64,000 nt of DNA, from NCBI GenBank assembly GCA_027306595.1, contig DAHUZI010000016.1:962-64961 (forward strand). The letters run 5' to 3'. A program made the position numbers and the translations under genes. The stretch comes from Candidatus Dormiibacterota bacterium. GTDB lineage: Bacteria > Chloroflexota > Dormibacteria > Aeolococcales > Bog-877. The notes beneath the pieces are model-generated. The model saw only the letters and a list, made by a program, of their open reading frames with translations. It did no database searches and was not told the origin of the DNA. Shown piece after piece: positions 19,838 through 30,049 of the stretch (position 1 is the first letter of the stretch; each line of letters starts with the position of its first letter).

Positions 19838-21052
19838 TCACCCGGAGCGCGGCCGGCCGGGGATGCGGCGCGCCCCGGGGGCCGCGCCCGGATCGGTTGC
19901 GGTGAGCACCGCTGCGAGCTGCTCCAGGCTCCGCAGATTGTGGACGGGGTGGAGGAGGTCGATGTGGGGGAGGGCGGCCGCCATCCCGCGCGCCGTGGGC
20001 GCGTACCCCGGATCGCCCATGAGCGGGTTGCCCCAGATCAGCCGCCAGCTCGAGCGTCGCAGCCGCGCGAGCTCCCGCCCCAGCCGCTCCGGCGAGCCCG
20101 TCTCCCACCCGTCGCTGACCACGACCGTGAGCGGTCGCCGGCTGAGGGCCCGCGGCCCCCAGCGGGTGCAGAGCTCATGCACCGCGTCCCCGATCCGAGT
20201 CCCGCCCGACCAGCCCGCCGACTGGCGCCCCACCGCCGCCAGCGCCTGGGTGGGGTCCCGCAGCCGCAGGGGCCGGCTGACCCGGGTGAGCGTCGTGCTG
20301 AACACGAACGCCTCGATCGGCGCCCCACCCCGCGCGGCCGCGTGGCCGAAGCGGAGGAGGACGCGGGCGTAGCGCTCCATCGAGCCGCTCACGTCGCAGA
20401 GGAGGAGGACCGGACGCAGACGGCGCCGGGGACGGCGGTGGTAGACGCGCAGCCATTCGCCGCCCGCGCGCAGGGCGGCGCGCCGGGTGCGGGCCCAGTC
20501 GATCTGGGGGCCGCGCCGCGCCGGCCGCCTCCGCCGGCTGCGGCGGGTGGGGAGCCCGATCCGCAGCTCCGCGATCGCGGCCGCGAGCTCGGCGAGCTCG
20601 GCGGGCGTGCACGCGCCGAAGTCGACGGTCGCCAGGCCCTCGTGCTCGGACGGGACCAGCCGATGACCGGGCCGCCGCCGCCCGCCCGCGCCGGGGGCGG
20701 CCGCGTCGGCGGCGCCGAGGTGGAGCGCGCGAGGTCCGGGGGCGATCGGCTTCGGGATGGCGTGCGCCTCGGCACCGCCGGCGGCGATGGCGAGCACGGT
20801 CTCGAACCGCAGGAGGTCCTCGCGCGAGCGGCACCAGCTGGCCCGCAGGGCGTGGGCCCAGCTGGTGCCGTCGGTGAGGCCGACCGCGGCCACGGCCTCG
20901 ATTCCCACAAGCACATCGCCGGTCCCGAGGCGGAGCCCAGCGCCTCTGAGCCGGCGGGCGAGCCGCATCACGAGCAGCGCCAGCCCCTCCCCGGTGGCCG
21001 TCGGCTCCTCCTCCGCCCGCTTCACCCCGGGGCCGCCCAGCCGCTCAGGCAT
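19838..21052 (-). CDS. coxE: CoxE-like VWA domain protein
   Basis: MIDAS motif LCDVSGSM, WSGGTRIG, VVSDGWE, LIWGNPL and HNLRSLE. Confidence 0.9.
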   Translation of the reverse strand: MPERLGGPGVKRAEEEPTATGEGLALLVMRLARRLRGAGLRLGTGDVLVGIEAVAAVGLTDGTSWAHALRASWCRSREDLLRFETVLAIAAGGAEAHAIPKPIAPGPRALHLGAADAAAPGAGGRRRPGHRLVPSEHEGLATVDFGACTPAELAELAAAIAELRIGLPTRRSRRRRPARRGPQIDWARTRRAALRAGGEWLRVYHRRPRRRLRPVLLLCDVSGSMERYARVLLRFGHAAARGGAPIEAFVFSTTLTRVSRPLRLRDPTQALAAVGRQSAGWSGGTRIGDAVHELCTRWGPRALSRRPLTVVVSDGWETGSPERLGRELARLRRSSWRLIWGNPLMGDPGYAPTARGMAAALPHIDLLHPVHNLRSLEQLAAVLTATDPGAAPGARRIPGRPRSG

Positions 21053-22022
21053 GCCCACGGCTCCGCTCGAGGACCGCCGCCACCCCGGTGGCCCGGACGG
21101 TGGCGAGGTCCTCTTGGTACTTGAGCAGGCTGCCGAGCGTCAGATCGATCGCGGGGAGGCTGAGGTCGTCCGCACCCAGGGCGGCCAGGGCCCGGGTCCA
21201 GTCCAGGGTCTCGGCCACCCCCGGTGGCTTGTACAGGTCGAGCGCCCGCAGCTCGCCAACGAAGGCGGTCACCGCCCGCGCCAGCCGCTCGCCGACCCAG
21301 GGCAGTCGGGTCCTCACGATCCGCCGCTCGGTGTCGAGCGTTGGCAGCTCAAGCCAGTGGAACAGGCAGCGGCGCTTGATCGCGTCATGGAGCTCGCGGG
21401 TGCGGTTGGAGGTGAGGATCACGGCCGGCGGGTGCTCGGAGCGCACCGGCCCTAGCTCGGGGATCGTGACCTGCCAGTCGGACAGGAGCTCGAGGAGAAA
21501 GGCCTCGAACTCGTCGTCGGCCCGGTCGAGCTCGTCGACGAGCAGGACCGGGCGACGCCCATCCTCGGGGTCGAGGGCCTGCAGGAGCGGCCGCCGGGCG
21601 AGGAACTCGGCCCCGTACAGGTTGACAGGACCGGACCCGCGCAGCTCCGTCTGGCGGATGGCGAGCAGCTGGCGGGGATGGTTCCACTCGTACAGGGCCT
21701 GGCCGATGTCGATCCCCTCGTAGCACTGGAGGCGGATCAGGGGCGCGTGGAGCACCTCGGCGAGCGCCTTGGCTAGCTCGGTCTTGCCACTGCCGGTCTC
21801 CCCCTCCAGCAGAAGCGGCCGCTCGAGGGCGATCGCGAGAAAGCAGCTGGTGGCGAGCGCCGGATCGGCGATGTACCCGGTGGCGAGCAGGGCGCGCTCG
21901 ACCGCGGCGGGGTCTGGGAGCGCAGGCGCGCCCGGCCAGGCGGATGGGGTGGCGATCCCGCCAGCCGCCCTCGGCCTGCCCCCGCCGCCCTCCGGGGGAC
22001 GGTCCGAGTCCGGGTTCGGCAT
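21045..22022 (-). CDS. coxD: CoxD-like MoxR AAA+ ATPase
   Basis: Walker A GETGSGKT; RLQCYEGID; Walker B LLVDELDRADDEFEAFLLE; TSNRTRELHDAIKRRC. Confidence 0.93.
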   Translation of the reverse strand: MPNPDSDRPPEGGGGRPRAAGGIATPSAWPGAPALPDPAAVERALLATGYIADPALATSCFLAIALERPLLLEGETGSGKTELAKALAEVLHAPLIRLQCYEGIDIGQALYEWNHPRQLLAIRQTELRGSGPVNLYGAEFLARRPLLQALDPEDGRRPVLLVDELDRADDEFEAFLLELLSDWQVTIPELGPVRSEHPPAVILTSNRTRELHDAIKRRCLFHWLELPTLDTERRIVRTRLPWVGERLARAVTAFVGELRALDLYKPPGVAETLDWTRALAALGADDLSLPAIDLTLGSLLKYQEDLATVRATGVAAVLERSRGHA

Positions 22023-22115
22023 GGAGCACGATCATAGTCCGGGGGTGGCGGCCGCCCCGCCGGGGCCGCCGACGCGGCGGGGCGGGGGCCGATCGGGCGG
22101 CGGGGAGGCCGCCGA

Positions 22116-23327
22116 TCACGCCGAACGGTCGGCTGCCTCCCCACCCGGCCCCGGGCGCGTGGATTGGGGGTGCGCGGCGCCAAGGCGCCCGGCCTCCCCC
22201 CCGACCGAGACCCCGGCGTGCTGGGCCAGTGCCACGATGAGGGCCTGGAGGGCGGCCACGTCGGCGGCCGCCCCGGCGGCGTCGGCCGCCGGCGGGGCGC
22301 CGCCGCGGACCGCGTCGGCGAAGGCCCCCAGCTGCCGAAGGAACCCGCTCTCGTGCCCGGCCCGCGACACGGTCTCGGTCCGCAGCGCGCCCGCCTGCCG
22401 CTCCACGGTCAGTCGGCTGCGTGCCTCGAGGAGGTAGGGGGCGGCAACGTCGAGCTGCACCCGCGCGTCGGTCCCGAGAACGGCGATCGCCTCCAGGTAC
22501 TCGGGCTGCTCGGGCAGCCAGTTCCACGAGAGGACAAGGCGGCAGTCGGCGCCGAGATCGGCGACCGCCAGGATGCAGGGTGGCGTCGCGGCCGCCGGCG
22601 GCCAGGGCCACCATTCGGCGTGCTCGAAGCGATCGGGGAGCCCAAAGCCGAGGGCGCGCAGCAGGGCGAACTCATGCACCACCGAGCCGAGAAGGAGTCC
22701 GCGGTAGGCGCGCCCCCACGGCTCCGGCATCGGCCCGATCGCCGCGCTGACCGCTCGCGCCTCGGCGGCCTCCGCCGCGGCCACCAGCGCCGGGTCGGCG
22801 TCGGTGTCGGGCTCCAGCCGCAGGTGCGCCACCTGGGAGGCGTCGGCCGGATGGCAGACGGTGACCCTGACAAGCCGTCGGGCTCGCACCGACCGGCAGG
22901 CCTGGGCCGCGGCCCCGACCAGGGGGTCGTAGGTCTTCATGGTCCCGACCTGGAGGACGAGCCCGGCGGCGGCGGCCTGCCGTCCGAGCGCCCGGGCGGC
23001 GGCCACGGTGGCGCTGAGCGGCTTCTCCGCCAGGACGTGTCGACCGGCGGCCAGGCAGGCCCGGGCCAGCTCCGCGTGGCTCCCGGGGGTGGCGAGGAGG
23101 ACCGCCTCCACGCCCGCGGCTCCGATCGCCGCCGCGGGCGACGTGGTCGCCAGCACCGAGGCGCCGTGCTCCGCGGCCACCCGCCGCGCCCTCGAGGGCG
23201 AGGCGTCACAGACGGCTCGGAGCGTGAACCGCCGGCGGAGCCTGCGGACCGCTGGCAGGTGGACGCCCTGGGTGACCGTGCCGGCCCCGATCACCGCCAG
23301 CCCCACCGGCTCGGGATCAGAACCCAT
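22116..23327 (-). CDS. Gfo/Idh/MocA family oxidoreductase (inositol dehydrogenase, IolG-like)
   Basis: Rossmann motif VIGAG and HVLAEKP; operonic with iolE. Confidence 0.85.
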   Translation of the reverse strand: MGSDPEPVGLAVIGAGTVTQGVHLPAVRRLRRRFTLRAVCDASPSRARRVAAEHGASVLATTSPAAAIGAAGVEAVLLATPGSHAELARACLAAGRHVLAEKPLSATVAAARALGRQAAAAGLVLQVGTMKTYDPLVGAAAQACRSVRARRLVRVTVCHPADASQVAHLRLEPDTDADPALVAAAEAAEARAVSAAIGPMPEPWGRAYRGLLLGSVVHEFALLRALGFGLPDRFEHAEWWPWPPAAATPPCILAVADLGADCRLVLSWNWLPEQPEYLEAIAVLGTDARVQLDVAAPYLLEARSRLTVERQAGALRTETVSRAGHESGFLRQLGAFADAVRGGAPPAADAAGAAADVAALQALIVALAQHAGVSVGGEAGRLGAAHPQSTRPGPGGEAADRSA

Positions 23328-24303
23328 GTCGCCGCACCACCTCGCGATTGTGCCGCTGCTCGGCGGTGATGGCGGCCACCGTGGTGTGAGGGCCCGGGAT
23401 CACGTCCTGCTCGACGACCAGCCACCCCGCGTAGTCGGAGCCGCAGACCGCACCAAGGAAGGCCTCGACGTCGAGGTCGCCGGCGCCCAAGGCGCAGAAC
23501 ACGCCCTGGCTCCAGACCGATTCCATCGACGCCCCCTCGGCGACGCACCGCTGGAGCACATCCATCCGGCAGTCCTTGACATGGAGATGGTTGATGCGCG
23601 CCCGCCAGCTGTCCCAGGCGCGCATCGGGTCGCCGCCGCCGAGGAGGAGGTGTCCGGTGTCCAGGCAGAGCCCGATGTCGGTGAGCTCGAGCAGCCGCTC
23701 GATCTCGACCGGGGCCTCGACGTAGGTGCAGGCATGGTGGTGGAAGGTGGGCTCCAGGCCGCGGCGGCGAACGTGATCCGCGGCGATGCTGACCCGCGCG
23801 GCGAACGCCCCCCAGTCCGCATCCGGCAGGCGGATCTCGGGCCGGTCCCACCCCCGGCCGGGGTTGGCTCGTCGAATCGGCGAGCCGGCGTCGGCCAGCG
23901 TCGGCTTCGGCGGCGGGGCGCCGGCCGCGGCAGCGGCGACGAAGAGGTCGAGGAGCCGGTCCAGCTCGCCGAGGTCGTCCGCGAAGCCGGCGGCGTCGGG
24001 GAACCGAAGCGAGATCCATCCGCCAGCCAGGGCAAGGCGGTGGGCCGTCAGGTTCTCCGCGATCGCGTCCACATCGCCGAGGTATCCGGGGGGACCGAGG
24101 TCGACGCCGTCGTAGCCGGCGTCAGCGAGGTCGGTCAGCAGGACGTCGGCGGCGACGAACGGCGGACCGGTCGGGGCCAGCTCGAACACCCCGTAGCTGA
24201 CCGGTGCATTCGCCACCGCGCGCTCGGTCCCGCCGCGGCGGACCCCAGCCGGCCTGCGCTCCTGGCGACCGCTGCCGGTCCCGCCCGGCTCAGAGCGGTT
24301 CAT
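23317..24303 (-). CDS. iolE: Myo-inosose-2 dehydratase IolE-like (xylose isomerase-like TIM barrel)
   Basis: 3' part of track ORF 23317..25170: ANAPVSYGVFE, FHHHACTYVE, LCLDTGH, HLHVKD, FCALGAGDLD and GWLVVEQD. ATG 24303 overlaps the glpD stop. Confidence 0.85.
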   Translation of the reverse strand: MNRSEPGGTGSGRQERRPAGVRRGGTERAVANAPVSYGVFELAPTGPPFVAADVLLTDLADAGYDGVDLGPPGYLGDVDAIAENLTAHRLALAGGWISLRFPDAAGFADDLGELDRLLDLFVAAAAAGAPPPKPTLADAGSPIRRANPGRGWDRPEIRLPDADWGAFAARVSIAADHVRRRGLEPTFHHHACTYVEAPVEIERLLELTDIGLCLDTGHLLLGGGDPMRAWDSWRARINHLHVKDCRMDVLQRCVAEGASMESVWSQGVFCALGAGDLDVEAFLGAVCGSDYAGWLVVEQDVIPGPHTTVAAITAEQRHNREVVRRHGF

Positions 24304-25898
24304 AGCGGCGCCGGCCCCCCGGCCGTGCGAAGCAGGGCCGCCACCCTGGCGATGACCGGCGCCTCCGCCAGCCCGCGCAGCCCCACGGTTGTCCGCCGCC
24401 GGAGCACGTCGTCCGGGGTCAGCGCCCACTCCTCGTCGACCGCCCGGTGGACCTGGGCCCAGATGTCGGGTCCCCGGGGGTCGATCCGCTCCAGCCCCCC
24501 AGGCTGGGCGGCACCGCGGGCGACCAGGCGGTTCGCGTCGCTCCCGTACAGGTGCACGAGGTGGCGGCAGACGCTCGGATCCAGCGCCGGATACCGGCGC
24601 TCGAGGCGGGCGGCGGCGATCCGAAGCGCCTCGGGGGTGGCCAGCGTCCCCCCGGGCAGGGGCGCGTCGCTCAGGGTCAGGTGCCGCACCCCCAAATCTG
24701 CCCGCAGCATCGCCAGCGTCTCGTGGGCGATCCGCCGATGGGTGGTGAGCTTGCCACCCGCGACCGACACCATCCCCGTCGGCCCTCGCACCAGGAGGCG
24801 CTCGCGTGGCGCTCGGGCTGGACCTCCCGGGAGGCGCGGCAGCACCCGCAGGCCGGCGAAGGTGGCCCGGATCGCCCCGGGGGCGAGCGTCGGCATGGTG
24901 AGGGCGGAGCGCGCCTCGTCGAGGACCGCAGCAACGTCGGCGTCGGTCACCGCGACCGCGTCGGGGTCGCCCTCGTAGGCGGTGTCGGTCGTGCCCAGGA
25001 GCAGCATGCCCTCCCAGGGGATGGCGAACGTCACCCGGTAGCGGTCGACGGGGGCGACCACCGCGGCCCGCCAGGGCTCGTCGAGCGGGAGCACGACATG
25101 GACGCCCTTGCTGAGCTGGGCCAGCGGTGGCGCGGCAGGGTCCTCCAGCCGCCGCACCGCGTCCACCCATGGACCGGCGGCGTTGATGACTGTGCGGGCC
25201 GCGACGCGAATCGGGTCGGGGGAGCCGGCGGCAACCACGGTGGCCGCGTGCCGATCGCCGGGGACCCGATCCAGCTCGACGACCCGCGCGTAGTTCAGGA
25301 CCACCGCACCGGCCAGGGCCGCACCGCGGGCGGTGGCGAGGCAGAGACGGTGGTCGTGGGTGGTGGCATCCATGAACAGCCCGGCGCCGATGCAGTCATC
25401 GGTCCGCAGGGCTGGGACCAACCGGCAGGCGCGGGCGGGGGTGAGCAACCGGGCGTGCGCGTCGCGGAATGCGGAGAGGCTGGCGTAGAGCAGGAGGCCG
25501 GCCGCCAGGGTGGGGGCGCGATGGGGGCCGCCACGATAGGCGGGGAGGAGGAAGGGCAGCGGCCGCACCAGGTGCGGCGCGACCCGGTGCACCAGGACCC
25601 GGCGCTCGTGATGCGCCTCGCGCACACGACGGATGTCACCGGTGGCGAGGTAGCGGAGTCCCCCATGCACGAGCTTGGATGACGCCGCCGACGTCGCGCC
25701 GCCGAGGTCACGCGCATCCAGGAGGGCCACACGAAGGCCTGCGGCGCTCGCCTCCAGCGCGATGCGGCTGCCGATGATGCCGGCACCGATGATGAGCAGG
25801 TCGAAGCATCCGCGAGTCAGCTCGGTGAGCGCATCGGCACGGCGCCATGGTGTGGGCGGGGGAATGATCACCGCATCACCGGACCCGGTCTTCACCAC
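24300..25898 (-). CDS. glpD: FAD-dependent glycerol-3-phosphate dehydrogenase/oxidase
   Basis: LIIGAGIIG, TSAASSKLVHGGLRYL, INAAGPWVD, SKGVHVV, GTTDT, VAGGKLTT and DVLRRRT. Start uncertain (GTG 25898 or 25871). Confidence 0.92.
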   Translation of the reverse strand: MVKTGSGDAVIIPPPTPWRRADALTELTRGCFDLLIIGAGIIGSRIALEASAAGLRVALLDARDLGGATSAASSKLVHGGLRYLATGDIRRVREAHHERRVLVHRVAPHLVRPLPFLLPAYRGGPHRAPTLAAGLLLYASLSAFRDAHARLLTPARACRLVPALRTDDCIGAGLFMDATTHDHRLCLATARGAALAGAVVLNYARVVELDRVPGDRHAATVVAAGSPDPIRVAARTVINAAGPWVDAVRRLEDPAAPPLAQLSKGVHVVLPLDEPWRAAVVAPVDRYRVTFAIPWEGMLLLGTTDTAYEGDPDAVAVTDADVAAVLDEARSALTMPTLAPGAIRATFAGLRVLPRLPGGPARAPRERLLVRGPTGMVSVAGGKLTTHRRIAHETLAMLRADLGVRHLTLSDAPLPGGTLATPEALRIAAARLERRYPALDPSVCRHLVHLYGSDANRLVARGAAQPGGLERIDPRGPDIWAQVHRAVDEEWALTPDDVLRRRTTVGLRGLAEAPVIARVAALLRTAGGPAPL

Positions 25899-25958
25899 GC
25901 GGGGGAATGTGCGCGATGCCAAGGGCGATCCCCTGCGAGGGACTGGTACCATGCGCCC

Positions 25959-28754
25959 GTGGCCATGCGCGCGGCGCCATTCGCCAAGCCCACGCCGTCA
26001 TCGACGGCCGCCGCAGTCGACGCGCCGACGCGGATGTTCGTGGTGCCCCACAGCCATTGGGATCGCGAGTGGTACCAGCCATTTCAGCGCTTCCGCATGC
26101 GACTTGTCGACCTCGTCGACCGCGTGCTGGATCTGGCCGAGCGCGACCCCGGGTTCTGCTTCACCTTCGACGGGCAGCTGGCCGCGGTCGACGACTACCT
26201 CGCCATCCGGCCCCAATCCGAGGAGCGCGTGCGGGAGCTGGTGGAGCGGGGCCAGCTCGCCATCGGACCCTGGCGGGTGCTCGCCGACGAGTTTCTCTGC
26301 TCCGGCGAGTCGCTGGTACGCAACCTCGAGCGCGGCATGCGGCGAGCCGAGCAGCTGGGGGGATGCCTGGCCGCCGGCTACCTCCCCGACGAGTTCGGCC
26401 ATGCCGCGCAGATGCCTCAGATCCTCAGGCGTGCGGGCCTCGCCCGGGCGGTGGTCTGGCGCGGGGTGCCCGCCGCCATCCGCCGCCATGCCTTCGTCTG
26501 GAGGGCTCCCGATGGGTCGGAGGTGCTGGCGGAGTACCTGCCTGACGGCTACGGGCACGCGGCCTTCCTGCTGGCACCGGGCGGCAACCCGGTGGAGCGG
26601 CTGCGGCGGGTGGCAGCCGATGTCGCGCCCTACTTCGGCTCGGGGCCGATCCTCGCCATGTGCGGCGGGGACCACACGAGCCCGATGCCGGACCTGGTGG
26701 CCGCGGTCGCGGCCCTGCAGCGCTCCGCCCCCGAGTTCCGCCTCGAGCTCGCCACCCTGGCCGGATACCTGGAGGCGACCGGGGCGGCGACGCGCCACGA
26801 GGCCGAGCGCGGCCGGTTGCCGCGCTGGTCCGGTGAGCTGCGTTCCGCCGCTCGGGCGAACCTGCTGGTCGGGGTGACGTCGACCCGGGTTGCGGTCAAG
26901 GCGGCCTGCACGCGCGCGGAGCGGCTCCTGGAGCGGTTCGCCGAGCCTCTCGACGCCCTCTGGGGAACGGCGGAAGCCGCGCCCTATCTCGAGCTCGCCT
27001 GGGACCGGGTGGTCGACTCCGCCGGGCACGACTCCGTCACCGGCTGCGGGATCGACGCGGTGGCGGAGGAGGTGGCCGGCCGACTCCATCAGGCGGCCCA
27101 GCTGGCCGAGGGCGTCACCGACCGGGTCTGCGCGACCCTCGCGGCTGGCGTGCCCGCCGGTGCGCTGTGCGTCGTCAACCCCTCGCCGATCCCTCGCGAG
27201 GGGCTGGTTGAGCTCGACATCCCCCTCGGCGACGCCCCTGGCGTGGTCGTCCTCACCGACGCGGGGGGACGAGCGCTGGCCACCCAGGAGCTGGCCCGGA
27301 CCGGTGGGGTGCTCCACACCGAGCGGCTGGACGCCAGGCGCCTGGTCCGCTTCGCCCGCCGCATCCATGGGGGCGAGCTCTTCGGCCTGCAGGTGCTGGG
27401 GTGGCGCATCGACCGGGGACGGCGGAGGCTCGTGATCGACCTCGGGCAGGGCGACGAGCTCGCGGCCGACGAGCCCTGGCGCCTGGCCAGCGAGCTCGAG
27501 GCCGAGGCCGAGGCGGTCCCGGGGGCCTGGCAGGTCACGCTGACGGCCCGGCCGCGGCAACGGCTCGCCGCCGTGGTCAGCGCCCCCGCGCTCGGGTGGA
27601 CCGCCTACCGGCCCGTCGCCGGCTCGGCCGTGCCCGCCCATCCGGTGACCGCGGCGACCGGCCGGCTCGACAACGGTCGGGTCTTGGTCTCGGTCGAGCC
27701 CGCGGGCACCCTGCGGATCGTCGGCCAGGGCCAGGAGTGCACCGGGATCGCGGCGCTCGTCGACGGCGGGGACGCCGGCGACGCCTACAACTACGCGCCG
27801 CCGGCCCGCGATCGACTGGTCGCCGAGCCGCAGGCGGTGACCGTCGCCGTGCGCCGAGCCGGTCCAGTCGTCGGGGAGCTGGTCATCACCCGCACCTACC
27901 GCTGGCCGGCCGGTCTGGCTGCGAAGGGCCGGTCGCGGAGCGCTCGCGGCCGGACCGCGGTCGTCGAGACGGTCTGCAGCCTTCGGGCGGGCGAGCCGTT
28001 CGTGCGCATAGCGCTCTCGTTCACGAACCCGTGCACGGACCACCGGCTCCGCCTCCACCTGCCGCTGCCCCGTCCGGCCACCGGCCTGGCCACCGAGGGG
28101 CAGTTCGCCGTGGTGGAGCGCGTTGCGGGGCCGATCGAGGGCGGATCCGGCGAGGTCCCCTTGGCCACCCACCCCGCCCGCGGTTTCGTCGACGCCGGTG
28201 GACTGGCGGTGCTCCTCGACCAGGTGAGCGAGGTCGAGCTCCTCGACGGGCGGGCGCTCGCGGTCACGGTGGTGCGGGCGATCGGCCAGATCAGCCGGAA
28301 CGACAACCGCTACCGGGAGGAGCCGGCCGGCCCTGAGGTCGCGACCCCGGGCGCGCAGTGCCTGGGACCGGTCGCGACCACCGTCGCCTGCTACCCCCAC
28401 CCGGGCGGCTGGGCGGAGGCCGACGTCGTCGGCGTCGCCGAGCGCTATCACCACGGGCTGCGCGCCATGCCGGGGACGGCGGTCGCCGGTTCGATCCCGT
28501 CCGGGTCGGCCGGTCTCACCATCGAGGGGGCCGGCGTGGTGCTGAGCGCGCTGCGCCGCCGCGACGGCTGGCTCGAGCTGCGCCTCGTGCTGGAGTCGCC
28601 CGAGCCGGGGGTGGCGAGGATCCGCGGCGCCTTCACGCAGGCGCGGCGGGCGGACCTGCTCGGACGCCCGCTGGAGCCGATCGCCGTCCGCGACGGGTCG
28701 ATCGCGCTCGCGCTCGCCCCCTTCGAGATCGCGACCTGCCACCTGCGCCGCTGA
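25959..28754 (+). CDS. GH38 alpha-mannosidase (MngB-like), no signal peptide
   Basis: VVPHSHWDREWY Zn motif, FDGQ, GESLVRNL, YLPDEFGH (nucleophile), HDSVTGC and C-terminal LAPFEIAT. Confidence 0.95.
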   Translation: MAMRAAPFAKPTPSSTAAAVDAPTRMFVVPHSHWDREWYQPFQRFRMRLVDLVDRVLDLAERDPGFCFTFDGQLAAVDDYLAIRPQSEERVRELVERGQLAIGPWRVLADEFLCSGESLVRNLERGMRRAEQLGGCLAAGYLPDEFGHAAQMPQILRRAGLARAVVWRGVPAAIRRHAFVWRAPDGSEVLAEYLPDGYGHAAFLLAPGGNPVERLRRVAADVAPYFGSGPILAMCGGDHTSPMPDLVAAVAALQRSAPEFRLELATLAGYLEATGAATRHEAERGRLPRWSGELRSAARANLLVGVTSTRVAVKAACTRAERLLERFAEPLDALWGTAEAAPYLELAWDRVVDSAGHDSVTGCGIDAVAEEVAGRLHQAAQLAEGVTDRVCATLAAGVPAGALCVVNPSPIPREGLVELDIPLGDAPGVVVLTDAGGRALATQELARTGGVLHTERLDARRLVRFARRIHGGELFGLQVLGWRIDRGRRRLVIDLGQGDELAADEPWRLASELEAEAEAVPGAWQVTLTARPRQRLAAVVSAPALGWTAYRPVAGSAVPAHPVTAATGRLDNGRVLVSVEPAGTLRIVGQGQECTGIAALVDGGDAGDAYNYAPPARDRLVAEPQAVTVAVRRAGPVVGELVITRTYRWPAGLAAKGRSRSARGRTAVVETVCSLRAGEPFVRIALSFTNPCTDHRLRLHLPLPRPATGLATEGQFAVVERVAGPIEGGSGEVPLATHPARGFVDAGGLAVLLDQVSEVELLDGRALAVTVVRAIGQISRNDNRYREEPAGPEVATPGAQCLGPVATTVACYPHPGGWAEADVVGVAERYHHGLRAMPGTAVAGSIPSGSAGLTIEGAGVVLSALRRRDGWLELRLVLESPEPGVARIRGAFTQARRADLLGRPLEPIAVRDGSIALALAPFEIATCHLRR

Positions 28755-28788
28755 GCGGCGTCCCGAGCCCGGTCCTGCGGAGCCGGGC

Positions 28789-30015
28789 TCACGGGGTGAA
28801 CCCAAGGACCAACCCGTCTGGGCCCTCAAGACGGGCGAGTCCGGCGGGCGCCGACATCCGGAAGCGGGCGCCGGTGATGGGGGTGACGGAGCCGTCCGCC
28901 GCGACGACGCGCAGGCGGTCTCCGCCCGCGACGCAGAGCTCGCCCTCGCACCGAACCGCAACCGGGCCGCGGGGATCGGCGCTGATCGCGACCCGCCCCC
29001 GGCGGAGCCCCTCGAGCACCCGAGCGGGATCGGGGGGGCCGCCGTCGGTGTCCGCTAGCTCCACCCAGGCGGTCGGGGTCCCGGGAGGAGGGTCGCCCGG
29101 GCGATGGAAGTCGCTGCCGCCGACCGGAACGCCCGCGCCGCGATCCTGCCACCAGCTGACGGCGGCGGGGTCCCGGCGGTCCCAGCTGGAGCCGTTCCAG
29201 ATCTCGACCAGATCGGGGGCCGCCCGCATCGGGCGCCGCCACCCGAGCTCGGCGGTGACCGGGTGGTTGAGCGACAGCAGGCCGCCGCGCTCGCGGGCCA
29301 CCTGGACCCAGTCGTCGGCGGCCTGCCGGAAGTCGACCCAGCCCACGTCGCCCAGGCAGCTGGCGTGGCCCTCGGCGGTTGTCAGCTCCTGCCCGGGGAT
29401 CAGGGTGAGGCCGTACCGGGCCGCCGCCGCGGCCAGGTGGGGGTGGTGGCTCACCGTGTTGTGGTCGGTCACCGCCAGGAAGTCGAGCCCCCGGGCTCGG
29501 GCCTGGGCCGCGAGCTGGTCGATGGTGAGCTGCCCGTCGGAGTGGACGGTGTGGGTGTGCAGGTCGCCGGCGACCCACCGGTGCCCTGGCGCCGCCGGCG
29601 GCCGTTCAGTTGGGGCAACGGCCGGGGCGGGGGGCGGGGGGGGCGGCTCCGGCATGGGGTCGAGCTGTCCCCTCGCCTCCACCCGCACGGCCACCCCCGC
29701 CGGGCCGACCCGGTAGAGGCCAAGGATCACCCGCCACGGGCCAGAGGTGATGGGCCCCGGCAGGTACCCGGGCGTCGCAGCGGCCGGTCCCACCGTCACC
29801 CGCTGGCGCTCACCCCCCGACCAGCCGCGAAAGCCATCGGGCCCGAAGAGGCCGAGGTCGATGACCGCGGCCGTGCGGTCGTACCCAAGCTCGACGGTGA
29901 GCCCGGGCATGGGTCCGCCGACGTCGACCGGCAGGTACTGGTAGTAGCTGTGGGCACGGTCGTCTGGGCCGAACCGGCGGTGATGGACGACCTGCTGTCC
30001 GGGGCCGATCGTCAC
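28789..30015 (-). CDS. CehA/McbA-type PHP-family metallohydrolase (putative phosphoesterase)
   Basis: GFRGWSGG, ATPGYLPG, GDLHTHTVHSDG, AVTDHN, PGQELTT, NHP and GGSDFH. Confidence 0.88.
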   Translation of the reverse strand: MTIGPGQQVVHHRRFGPDDRAHSYYQYLPVDVGGPMPGLTVELGYDRTAAVIDLGLFGPDGFRGWSGGERQRVTVGPAAATPGYLPGPITSGPWRVILGLYRVGPAGVAVRVEARGQLDPMPEPPPPPPAPAVAPTERPPAAPGHRWVAGDLHTHTVHSDGQLTIDQLAAQARARGLDFLAVTDHNTVSHHPHLAAAAARYGLTLIPGQELTTAEGHASCLGDVGWVDFRQAADDWVQVARERGGLLSLNHPVTAELGWRRPMRAAPDLVEIWNGSSWDRRDPAAVSWWQDRGAGVPVGGSDFHRPGDPPPGTPTAWVELADTDGGPPDPARVLEGLRRGRVAISADPRGPVAVRCEGELCVAGGDRLRVVAADGSVTPITGARFRMSAPAGLARLEGPDGLVLGFTP

Positions 30016-30049
30016 CGCCGGGGGACCCGGCGGCGGCCGCGGCGCCTGG

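Noticed and set aside
25887-25896. Possible IolR box GGTCTTCACC near the glpD/GH38 divergent starts
   Set aside because: It has two mismatches to the consensus and lacks the shared TCCT flank, so it is too weak to claim.
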